From positions 34,745 to 98,744 of the forward strand of contig JAFGEZ010000004.1 of the NCBI GenBank assembly GCA_016931295.1: a DNA stretch of 64,000 nucleotides, in the 5' to 3' direction. The position numbers and the translations under genes are program-made. Shown in pieces: positions 56,072 to 64,000 of the stretch. Origin of the DNA: Candidatus Krumholzibacteriota bacterium (lineage in GTDB: Bacteria; Krumholzibacteriota; Krumholzibacteriia; Krumholzibacteriales; Krumholzibacteriaceae). Position 1 is the first letter of the stretch. Every line of letters begins with the position of its first letter. The notes under the pieces are model-generated. The model ran no database searches. It had not been told where the DNA came from and saw only the letters and a program-made list of their open reading frames with translations.

Positions 56072-59052
56072 AAGAGGCTGTCGATCCCGACGGTCCAGCG
56101 CAGGTCCCACTCGTTTGATTCCCCGTTCAGCACGGGATTGCTCACCCAGACGGGCAGCTCCACGGTGATGCGCCAGATCCTGATGCCCACGCCCGCGTCG
56201 GCGAGGAAGCCGTCGAAGATCGTCTCGTCGAATCCCGCCCGCATCGCCGGGGGCAGCGCCTCGAGGGGCCGGGCGTCGAGGACCGACCCGGCGTCGCCGA
56301 AGAGGTAGAGCCGCCGGTCGCCAAGCGGGCGCCAGCGGCGCGCGCCGGGCAGCGGGAAGGGAATGGAGAGCTCGGCATTGGCGGCGACGATGCGCTTGAA
56401 GCTGAAGTCGCCGGCGTAGTAGCCGCGCAGGTTCGCGTCCCCCGGCACGTGGAAGCGGCCGTAGTCGTCCTTCGGGAAGCCGCCGACGCTCCTGAGCCAG
56501 AAATAGCGCTCCTTGTCGAGCGGGCCCGCGCCGGCGAGGTTGAAGCGCTCCTGCAGCGGCGGGTCGATCGAGCTGTGGCCGAACCAGAGCCGCAGCGAGG
56601 GATCGACGGGGCCGGGGAAGCGGCGGGTCGGCACGAGCGTCGCCTCGAAGACGGCCTGCTCCCACGAGTCGTCGCTCCCCCAGGTGGAGCGCGAGAGGTC
56701 GAGGCGGACGGCGCCGTCGGCGATGTCGGTGCGCGGGTAGAGGGCGAAGGTCAGCCCCGCCTCGATGAATTGTCCCTCGTCGTAGGTCCACGGGAAGACG
56801 TAGGCCGAATCGGTCAGCTCGTGGTAGCGGAGGTAGACGGAGATGTGCTTCGCCAGCGGCTCGGCGAGCGAGGACCGGCGGATCGTCGAGATCCGGGCCG
56901 TCGCGCCCCGGCGGCCTTCGCGGACGAACACGTCCGCACCGAACCGCGATTCCTTTCCCAGGTAGCCGAAGGGGGTTTCCCAGGCGGCGTAGACGCCGGC
57001 CTTTCCGCTCTCGAAGCCGTACGTGCCCTGCAGCGTCAGGTTGTTGTACGACCCGTCGTAGGAGCCGCGGAGCCGAAGACCGGCGACGCCCCCGTCGACG
57101 TCGTTGTAGAAGCCGAAGGGCAGCACGCGGTACTCGTAGGCGTCGTGCGGCCAGGGCGCGCCGGGGCGAAGGTCGAGCGCGAGGGACCGGCGCCGCGGCA
57201 GGCGGTTGTCGAGCTCGTAGGTGTCGAGGATCTCGTTGTCCGGATCGATCTCGCACGAGAGGGGCCTGATCTGGAAATCGAAGGTCCGGTCGATCGTCCG
57301 CGGCATCCCGTCGATCCGCTCGACGACGGTGTTGCCGTCCTCGAGCCGGAAGGCGAGCGAGAGGGGCATGATCATCTCGCCCTTCCGCTCGATCAGCACG
57401 CGCGTCTTCCATCCCCCGGCCGTCTTCTCTCGGGTGAAGCGCGCGAGACGGTAGTCGCAGGTCTTCGTCGTGTGCAGCCATTCCTTGAAGAAGAGGCCGA
57501 GGCTCTCGCCGCACACCTCCTCGCAGACGGAGCGGAAGGCCTCCTCGTCGACGTGCTTGTACTTCCAGCGATCCACGTAGAGGCGGAGGGCCTCGTCGAA
57601 GGCCTCCCCACCCATCCTGTAGCGGAGGGCCCGGAGGAAGAGGGCCGATTTCAGGTAGACGGTGGTGTGCGCGCCGTTGACGAGCTCGTGGTGCGGCGTC
57701 GCGGTCCGCTCGGCGAAGCCGTCGCGGTGCTGCTCTATGACGGGCCGCGAGATCCCCTCCCACATGGAGGCGCCGTGACCGCCTCCGGTTCCGCGCTCGC
57801 CGGCGCGGCGGAACATCAGGTACTGCACGAATCCCTCGTCGAGCCACGCCTCGTCGCGCTCGTCGTTGGCGAGGGCGCCGTAGAACCAGTTGTGCGCAAC
57901 CTCGTGCAGGACGAGCGACTCGTCGACGTACCCGTTCATGCAGAGCATCGGGTACTCCATCCCCCCGTGCCCGGGGGAGTCGGCGACGGTGATCTGCGGC
58001 CAGGGGCAGGGCCCCGCCGTCTTCTCGAGCCACGCGAGGGCGCGCAGCGTGTGGGCGAGGGTCGTGTCGGCCCAGGCCGCGTTCCACGAGCGGAAGATGC
58101 TCATCACGCGGATCCCGTGCCAGAGGGTGTCCTGCACGGCGAAGGTCGGGTCGGTCACCCAGGCGAAATCGTGCACCCGCTCGGCGGTGAACCGCACCGT
58201 CTTCGGCGGGCCCGCGGATGCCGCGGCCTCGGTCGGCGCGGCTCCGCCGGGCCGTGCCCCGGGATGGCCCCCGGGATGCCCGCCGGGGTGGCCGCCCCGG
58301 GCCGGCTTGCCGGCCCGCGCGCGCGGCGGCGCGTTGCGGTCCCAGCCGGGATCCCCCTCCACCGGGAGCCCCGTCGCCGCGACGACCCAGGGTTCGGGAA
58401 GGGTGATCCGGACGTCGTAGTCGCCGAATTCCCCGTAGAACTCGCCGAGCCTGAACTGGTCGGGATGCCAGCCGTCCGTGTCGTAGACGACCATCTTCGG
58501 GTACCACTGCGCGAGGGCGAAGTTCGAGCCTGACCATCCGGCCCGACCGGTGCGCCGCCGGATCTTCTCCCGGAAGGCGGCGTCGATCGTCACGGTCGCG
58601 CCCGGGGGAAGCGGGCGGGTGAACGCGCACTCGAGGATCGTTCCGTCCACCGTGAAGGCGGCGGCCACGCCGTCGACCGCGAGGGAATCGATCTCGATCC
58701 ACCCGCGCCGGCTCTCGTCGATCCCGCGGAAGAAGTAAAGGATCCCGGGATGGAAATCGCGCCACAGCGGGGTCACCTTGTCGCGATAGGCGTTCGCGTA
58801 GAGGTGCAGGTAGAAGCGCTCGAGCGTGTCGGGCGAGTTGTTCTTGTAGCGGATACGCTCCCGGCCCGCGAGAATCTTCGCCGCGGGGTCGAGGGAGACG
58901 TCGATCTCGTAATCGGCCCGCTGCTGCCAGTATTCCTCGTCGATACCGGGAATGCGGCTCGTCTCGCGGATCCCCGGCTCGACGGCCGGGGCGCCCGCGG
59001 CGATACAGAGGATCGCGGCAAGCAGTATGATGGCTGTTCCGGCGCGTCGCAT
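56068..59052 (-). CDS. secreted M1-family zinc metallopeptidase with C-terminal outer-membrane-like domain ending in Phe
   Basis: About 994 aa from ATG (complement 59052). Signal peptide. GGMEYP (GAMEN variant) and HEVAHNWFYG...E(18)...WLDEGF zinc motif. C-terminal about 400 aa rich in aromatic/Gly beta-strand pattern, ending ...DLRWTVGIDSLF. Confidence 0.75.
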   Translation of the reverse strand: MRRAGTAIILLAAILCIAAGAPAVEPGIRETSRIPGIDEEYWQQRADYEIDVSLDPAAKILAGRERIRYKNNSPDTLERFYLHLYANAYRDKVTPLWRDFHPGILYFFRGIDESRRGWIEIDSLAVDGVAAAFTVDGTILECAFTRPLPPGATVTIDAAFREKIRRRTGRAGWSGSNFALAQWYPKMVVYDTDGWHPDQFRLGEFYGEFGDYDVRITLPEPWVVAATGLPVEGDPGWDRNAPPRARAGKPARGGHPGGHPGGHPGARPGGAAPTEAAASAGPPKTVRFTAERVHDFAWVTDPTFAVQDTLWHGIRVMSIFRSWNAAWADTTLAHTLRALAWLEKTAGPCPWPQITVADSPGHGGMEYPMLCMNGYVDESLVLHEVAHNWFYGALANDERDEAWLDEGFVQYLMFRRAGERGTGGGHGASMWEGISRPVIEQHRDGFAERTATPHHELVNGAHTTVYLKSALFLRALRYRMGGEAFDEALRLYVDRWKYKHVDEEAFRSVCEEVCGESLGLFFKEWLHTTKTCDYRLARFTREKTAGGWKTRVLIERKGEMIMPLSLAFRLEDGNTVVERIDGMPRTIDRTFDFQIRPLSCEIDPDNEILDTYELDNRLPRRRSLALDLRPGAPWPHDAYEYRVLPFGFYNDVDGGVAGLRLRGSYDGSYNNLTLQGTYGFESGKAGVYAAWETPFGYLGKESRFGADVFVREGRRGATARISTIRRSSLAEPLAKHISVYLRYHELTDSAYVFPWTYDEGQFIEAGLTFALYPRTDIADGAVRLDLSRSTWGSDDSWEQAVFEATLVPTRRFPGPVDPSLRLWFGHSSIDPPLQERFNLAGAGPLDKERYFWLRSVGGFPKDDYGRFHVPGDANLRGYYAGDFSFKRIVAANAELSIPFPLPGARRWRPLGDRRLYLFGDAGSVLDARPLEALPPAMRAGFDETIFDGFLADAGVGIRIWRITVELPVWVSNPVLNGESNEWDLRWTVGIDSLF

Positions 59053-59368
59053 CGGTTTCCCTTCCTCCCCGGCCGGATGCCGATCCGGCTCGTCGGTTCC
59101 GAGAGCGTAGCACAGGCCCGCGAAGAGGCGCAAGGCAGATGCCGCCCGCGCCAGGCGGGGCGTCCGTACGTATACAACCGGCGCCGCGGAAACGTTTCAT
59201 CGCAATGAATCCGGTTGCCCGGAGCGGGCGGTGCTGCTAGGATATCCGTTCCCGCCGCGCCCTGGAGGCGGCGTTCTTCGCACCGCGCCGCGGCGTCCCC
59301 GCGGGGGGCGCCGGCGGCGTCGACGCCGCCGCGTTCGCCGCGGCGCACGGCTTCCGAAAGGAGGAGGC

Positions 59369-61291
59369 ATGTCTGGATCGAGAAGGGGCCGTTTCGTCCC
59401 GGTTCTCGTCGCGCTGGTCGCGCTCGTTCTCGCGGGGACGGCCGCGACCGCCGACACCCTGGTCGAGAAGGTCAAGGAGTTCGAGCTGGACAACGGGATG
59501 AAATTCCTCGTCGTCGAGCGGCCGGAGGCCCCGGTGGTCTTCTGCGCGGTCGTCTTCAACGTCGGTTCGGCGAACGAGTGGCCGAACGTCACGGGGATAT
59601 CCCACCTGCTCGAGCACATGATGTTCAAGGGCACGAAGATGATCGGAACGACCGACTACGACAGCGAGATCCCCTACATCGAGAAGACCGACGAGCTCGG
59701 CGAGCGGACGATCGAGCTCCGCAAGCAGCTCGGCGAATGGCGCTTCGGCGTCTTCAAGGGCTTCTCGCGGGATGTCCTCGCCACCTTCACCGACGAGGAG
59801 AACGAGGCGCTCGGCGCGTCGAAGGCCGCCCAGAACGCCCTGCTCGTCGAGAAGGTGCGCGCGATGGAGCGCATGCCCGACTCCCTCGCCGCGATGAAGT
59901 ATCTGCTCGCCGACGGCGACACCGACTACCTCGCCCTCTACCTCGAGTACGAGGAGGCGTGGGGCGAGATCCACCGCCTGCTCGACGAGCAGCGCCGGTT
60001 CATGGTGAAGGACGAGCTGTGGGAGACCTACATGAACAACGGCGCCCGCTTCCTCAACGCGGGCACCTCGTACGACTTCACCGTCTACTTCGCCTACCTG
60101 CCGGCCAACCGGCTCGAGCTCTGGCTCGATCTCGAGAGCGACCGCATGGCCGAGCCGGTCTTCCGCGAGTTCTGGTCCGAGCGGGACGTCGTCATGGAGG
60201 AGCGCAGGCTCAGCGAGAACGACCCCGACGAGATGCTCGAGGAGGCCTTCTACTCGGTCGCCTTCACCGCCTGTCCCTACAAGTGGCCCGTCGTCGGCTG
60301 GATGAGCGACCTGCTCACGATCGACCGCAAGGAGCTGACCGCATACAACCGCCGCTTCTACGCGCCGAACAACGCCACGGTGGTTCTCGTCGGCGACATC
60401 GACTACAAGCGGGCGAAAAAGCTCGCCAGGCGGTACTTCGGCCCCATCCCGGCCCAGGAGCCCACGACCCCGGTCGAGACGCGCGAGCCGGAACAGCAGG
60501 GCGAGCGCCGCGTGGTCATCGAGCACACGGCCAACCCGCGGCTGATGCTCGCGTGGCACAAGCCGAGCCACCCCGATCCCGACGAGGTCGTCTTCGACGT
60601 CATCACCGAGATCCTCGCCAGCGGCCGGACGAGCCGCCTGTACACCTCGATCTACGAAAAGCAGGAGCTCACCGCCGACCCGCCGAACTGCTCCACGGGT
60701 CCCGGCAACCGCTACGACAACCTCGTGATCGTCTCGGCCGAGCCGCGGGCGCCGCACACCATCGAGGAGGTCGAGGCGGCGATCGTCGCCGAGATCGACC
60801 GGCTGAAGACCGAGCCGGTGACAGAACGCGAGCTGCAGCGGATCAAGAACCAGATCGACGCCCAGACGATCCGGCAGCTCGGCTCCAACCTGGGGATCGC
60901 CTTCCAGGTGCTCTTCGGCGAGCTCTATCTCGGCGATTACCGGAAGATCTTCGACCGGTACGAGCGGATCAAGGAGGTCACCGCCGAGGATGTCATGCGC
61001 GTCGCCGGCACGTATTTCACCGAGCGCAACCGCACCGTCGGCTGGCGGGTCAAGGTGGAGGAGGACGCCGACGCCGCCGGAGGCGGGGAGCCCGAGGTGG
61101 ACATGCAGGCGATCCAGGCCTACGTGATGAGCCTCGACCAGGCGGAGCGAATGGAGATCATGCAGCGGTTCCAGAGCCTGCGGTCGGACGAGGAGCGGCA
61201 GGCGCTCGGGCTCGAGCTCTACGAGCGAGCGAAGGCCGCCGGCTTCGTCCAGGACGATGACGGCGGGGCGGAGAAGGGAGAATCGAAATGA
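59369..61291 (+). CDS. M16 (pitrilysin) family zinc peptidase, active subunit
   Basis: 640 aa from ATG 59369 (RBS AGGAGGAGG). Signal peptide. Inverted zinc motif HLLEHMMFKGT. Confidence 0.8.
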   Translation: MSGSRRGRFVPVLVALVALVLAGTAATADTLVEKVKEFELDNGMKFLVVERPEAPVVFCAVVFNVGSANEWPNVTGISHLLEHMMFKGTKMIGTTDYDSEIPYIEKTDELGERTIELRKQLGEWRFGVFKGFSRDVLATFTDEENEALGASKAAQNALLVEKVRAMERMPDSLAAMKYLLADGDTDYLALYLEYEEAWGEIHRLLDEQRRFMVKDELWETYMNNGARFLNAGTSYDFTVYFAYLPANRLELWLDLESDRMAEPVFREFWSERDVVMEERRLSENDPDEMLEEAFYSVAFTACPYKWPVVGWMSDLLTIDRKELTAYNRRFYAPNNATVVLVGDIDYKRAKKLARRYFGPIPAQEPTTPVETREPEQQGERRVVIEHTANPRLMLAWHKPSHPDPDEVVFDVITEILASGRTSRLYTSIYEKQELTADPPNCSTGPGNRYDNLVIVSAEPRAPHTIEEVEAAIVAEIDRLKTEPVTERELQRIKNQIDAQTIRQLGSNLGIAFQVLFGELYLGDYRKIFDRYERIKEVTAEDVMRVAGTYFTERNRTVGWRVKVEEDADAAGGGEPEVDMQAIQAYVMSLDQAERMEIMQRFQSLRSDEERQALGLELYERAKAAGFVQDDDGGAEKGESK

Positions 61292-62712
61292 CGAAAAGAC
61301 TCCTCTTCACGATCCTGGCGGCGGCCGCGGTGCTCGCACTCGCGACGCCGGCGCCCGCCGGGAAGGACACGCGCCCCCATCCGGGCGATCTCGAGTACGA
61401 ACCGCTCGACATCAAGACCCCCGAGGTGGCCGAGATCACGCTCGACAACGGCCTCGCGGGCTTCCTCGTGGAGGATCACGAGATCCCCGTCGTCGACGTC
61501 GTCATCCAGGTGAAGACGTGGTTCCCCGCGCCGGAGAAGACGGGGCTGAACGACATGGCCGTCTGGACGATGCGCAACGGCGGGAGCGAGGCGTGGCCCT
61601 CCGACCGACTCAACGACGAGCTGGAGTTCCGCGCCGCCCGGATCGAGTTCGAGGGAGGCGCCCTCGGCGCCACCTTCTCCTTCAACTGCCTGAAGAAGGA
61701 TCTCGACGCGATCCTCGGGATCTTCGCCGACCTGCTCATCCACCCGGCCTTCCCCGAAGAGAAGGTCGAGATGAAGCGGAAGACGATGCTCGAGGAGATC
61801 CTGCGGCGCAACGACCAGCCGCGCCGCATCGTGAGCCGCGAGTTCAACCGGCTGATCTACGGCGACCACCCCTACGCCCGCGAGGCGACCGCGGCGAGCG
61901 TGTCGGCGATCTCCCGCGACGACCTCGCCGCCTTCCACGAGGCATACGTCAGGCCGGGGAGCGCGGTCATCGGGATCAGCGGGGACGTCACGCGCGACGA
62001 GATCGTCCTCGCCCTGAACGGCGCCTTCGCCGACTGGGCGCCGGGCGCCGCCGAGATCCCCGAGGTCCCGCCCCTTCGGTTGCTTCCGCCCGCATCGTGG
62101 CACTACGCCTACAAGGACATCAACCAGGCCTACATGGCGATCGGACACGAGGGGATCAACGCGAACAACGAGGACCGCTGCGCCGTCGACATCATGAACT
62201 ACATCCTCGGCGGGGGCAGCTTCACCTCGTGGATCACCGAGAAGGTCCGCTCCGACGCGGGGCTCGCCTACTCGACCGGCTCGCGGTACTCGGCCGATCC
62301 CTGGACCGTCGGCGTCTTCCGCGCCTACGCGCAGACGAAGGCCGACGAGTACAGCCGGGCGATGCAGCTGATCATCGAGCAGATCGAGCGCATGCGCGAC
62401 GAGGGGCCGACCGAGGAGGAGGTCCGCAAGGCGGTCGACTCCTACGTCAACAGCCAGGTTTTCGACTACGAGTCGAAGGCGCAGGTCGTCAGGCGACTCG
62501 TCCAACTGCGTTTCCAGGGGCGCCCGCTCGATACGCCGGAGCGCGATATGGCCGCCTACGCGGCCATGACCGTCGAGGACATCCGCCGGGTGGCGAGGAC
62601 CTACCTGCACCCCGACCGGCTCACCATCCTCGTCGTGGGCGACCGCGATCAGTTCGACCGGCCACTCGAGGAGTTCGGCGAGGTCGACACGATCGATCTC
62701 GAGGCCGAGTAG
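61288..62712 (+). CDS. M16-family peptidase, non-catalytic partner (no HxxEH)
   Basis: 474 aa. M16 fold without the zinc motif. 4-nt overlap with the upstream M16 gene. Confidence 0.65.
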   Translation: MTKRLLFTILAAAAVLALATPAPAGKDTRPHPGDLEYEPLDIKTPEVAEITLDNGLAGFLVEDHEIPVVDVVIQVKTWFPAPEKTGLNDMAVWTMRNGGSEAWPSDRLNDELEFRAARIEFEGGALGATFSFNCLKKDLDAILGIFADLLIHPAFPEEKVEMKRKTMLEEILRRNDQPRRIVSREFNRLIYGDHPYAREATAASVSAISRDDLAAFHEAYVRPGSAVIGISGDVTRDEIVLALNGAFADWAPGAAEIPEVPPLRLLPPASWHYAYKDINQAYMAIGHEGINANNEDRCAVDIMNYILGGGSFTSWITEKVRSDAGLAYSTGSRYSADPWTVGVFRAYAQTKADEYSRAMQLIIEQIERMRDEGPTEEEVRKAVDSYVNSQVFDYESKAQVVRRLVQLRFQGRPLDTPERDMAAYAAMTVEDIRRVARTYLHPDRLTILVVGDRDQFDRPLEEFGEVDTIDLEAE

Positions 62713-62733
62713 CGCCGCCGGAACACGCCAGTC

Positions 62734-62772
62734 GCGGGGATGCCGGCGGATGCCGGCGTCCCCGCTTTTTTT
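62734..62772 (+). terminator. Rho-independent terminator
   Basis: GCGGGGA...TCCCCGC stem enclosing a GCCGGC repeat, followed by TTTTTTT (62766..62772). Confidence 0.55.
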
Positions 62773-62844
62773 GGTTGGAACGGGTGGCGCCCCGCGTTCG
62801 TTCCGGGTAGAATGGCGGGGAGACATCAACGGGAGGCGATCGGG

Positions 62845-64000
62845 ATGGAATCGACGACGGCGGTGGTGCTCGGCGGGGGGCGCGGCACGCGGCTCTTCCC
62901 CCTCACGAAGACGCGGTCGAAACCGGCCGTGCCGGTGGCGGGCAATTACCGGCTGATCGACGTCACGGTGAGCAACTGCATCAACTCGGGGATCGACCGG
63001 ATCTACATCCTCACGCAGTTCAACTCCGCCTCGCTGAACCGGCACGTCTCGTCCACCTACCGCTTCGACAACTTCAGCCACGGCTTCGTGGAGATCCTCG
63101 CCGCCGAGCAGACGCACGCCTCGCGCGACTGGTTCCAGGGGACGGCCGACGCGGCGCGCAAGGCGCTGCCACACCTCGACGACTATCCCTGCCGCGACGT
63201 CGTCATCCTCTCCGGCGACCACCTCTACCGGATGGATTTCCGCGAGTTCCTCAGGCACCACCGGGAGAGCGGCGCCGACATCACGATCGCCGTCAAACCG
63301 GTCTCCGCGTCGCGCGCCGGGGAGTTCGGCATTTTGCGCGCCGACCGCTCGGGGCGGATCGTCGAGTTCCGCGAGAAGCCAAAACGGAGCGTCCTCAGCC
63401 GGATGAAGACCGACACGCGCGTTCTCGGGCTCACCGCCGGCGAGGCCCGCCGCCGGCCCTACCTCGGCTCGATGGGGATCTACGTCTTCCGGTCCGAGGC
63501 GCTCCGCGAGACGCTCGATCGCGAGCCGACGGTGGTCGATTTCGCCAGGGAGCTCATCCCCCAGGCCCTCGAGCGGCTCCGCGTGAACGCGTGGCTCTAC
63601 GACGGGTACTGGGAGGACATCGGGACGATCCGCTCGTTCTACCGTGCGCACATGGACCTGCTCGCGCCCGATCCGGCGTTCAACCTCTTCGATCCGCGCT
63701 CGCCCCTCTTCACTCATCCGCGCTTTCTCGCGGGCTCGAAGCTGGAGAAGGCGACGATCGAGCGATCGATCATCAACAACGGCTGCCAGATCGGCCGCGC
63801 CAGGATCGTCCGCTCGATCGTCGGCGTGCGCTCCCGGATCGGCCCCGGCGCCGTCGTCGCCGATTCGCTCGTGATGGGGGCGGACCATTACGAGGGGGCG
63901 GAGGACTGCGGCGCCGAGCAGCCTCGGGCGGGGATCGGCCCGAACGCGCGCATCCGCCGGGCGATCGTCGACAAGAACGTCCTCATCGGCCGCGACGTCG
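62845..64000 (+). CDS. glgC: glucose-1-phosphate adenylyltransferase (5' portion, runs off window)
   Basis: Open frame from ATG 62845 (RBS GGGAGG). [34 protein letters not shown]-terminus diagnostic of GlgC. No stop before the window end. Confidence 0.8.
   Translation, partial: MESTTAVVLGGGRGTRLFPLTKTRSKPAVPVAGNYRLIDVTVSNCINSGIDRIYILTQFNSASLNRHVSSTYRFDNFSHGFVEILAAEQTHASRDWFQGTADAARKALPHLDDYPCRDVVILSGDHLYRMDFREFLRHHRESGADITIAVKPVSASRAGEFGILRADRSGRIVEFREKPKRSVLSRMKTDTRVLGLTAGEARRRPYLGSMGIYVFRSEALRETLDREPTVVDFARELIPQALERLRVNAWLYDGYWEDIGTIRSFYRAHMDLLAPDPAFNLFDPRSPLFTHPRFLAGSKLEKATIERSIINNGCQIGRARIVRSIVGVRSRIGPGAVVADSLVMGADHYEGAEDCGAEQPRAGIGPNARIRRAIVDKNVLIGRDV

Noticed and set aside
54521-59200. 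1559-aa minus-strand ORF and plus-strand ORF 56449..58533
   Set aside because: The first is antisense to citF and overlaps the M1 peptidase in another frame, the second is antisense to M1. No domain signatures. Poly-Arg/Gly composition.
61219-63888. 889-aa minus-strand ORF opposite the M16 partner and glgC
   Set aside because: Low-complexity antisense artefact. The plus-strand genes have unambiguous family motifs.
1-64000. CRISPR arrays, tRNA/rRNA genes, transposases/integrases, toxin-antitoxin or known phage-defence genes
   Set aside because: No regularly spaced direct repeats, no tRNA-like cloverleaf candidates, and no recombinase or nuclease motifs noticed on either strand. Absence is by visual inspection only.

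Overview
High-GC (~68-70%) bacterial chromosomal segment. A C-terminal T9SS-type sorting domain on one protein suggests an FCB-group or related candidate-phylum organism. No rRNA, tRNA, CRISPR arrays, transposases or integrases were recognised. The window divides into five blocks. (1) 0.1-14.7 kb, one 18-gene plus-strand operon encoding a membrane-bound group-4 [NiFe] hydrogenase of Mbh/formate-hydrogenlyase type. It carries a complete Mrp-like cation antiporter module (MrpA/NuoL, split MrpB, MrpC to MrpG), a HycI-type maturation protease, and an unusual upstream input module: AsrA/HydB-like 4Fe-4S protein, AsrB/HydG-like flavoprotein and a short molybdopterin-oxidoreductase-family subunit. 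(2) 14.7-20.3 kb, a T9SS cargo protein with propeller-like repeats, then a small island holding a TPR protein and three paralogous small exported Cys-rich ferredoxin-motif proteins. One of the three lies in a clearly low-GC stretch. (3) 20.3-39.5 kb, a tightly packed plus-strand transporter super-cluster. It contains two ABC-2 permeases fused to large catalytically degenerate M1-aminopeptidase-like domains, an ABC ATPase, TolC-like OMP, membrane-fusion adaptor, an RND pump, and a second RND pump fused in one reading frame to a TM linker plus ABC nucleotide-binding domain, followed by an ABC-2 permease. I consider the RND::ABC fusion operon the most unusual system in the window. (4) 39.5-52.7 kb, iorAB, an RdhA/QueG-family Fe-S protein, an envelope operon (hybrid histidine kinase, thioredoxin, beta-barrel OMP, lipoprotein), secreted hypotheticals, an AKR-ferredoxin fusion, a GT4 glycosyltransferase and pyruvate kinase. 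(5) 52.7-64 kb, a long non-coding leader, citrate lyase (CitD-CitE fusion plus CitF), an M1 metallopeptidase carrying a C-terminal OMP-like domain ending in Phe, an M16 peptidase pair and the 5' part of glgC. Many long ORFs in the track on the opposite strand or in other frames are GC-driven artefacts with R/G/P/D/E-rich translations and were not called.
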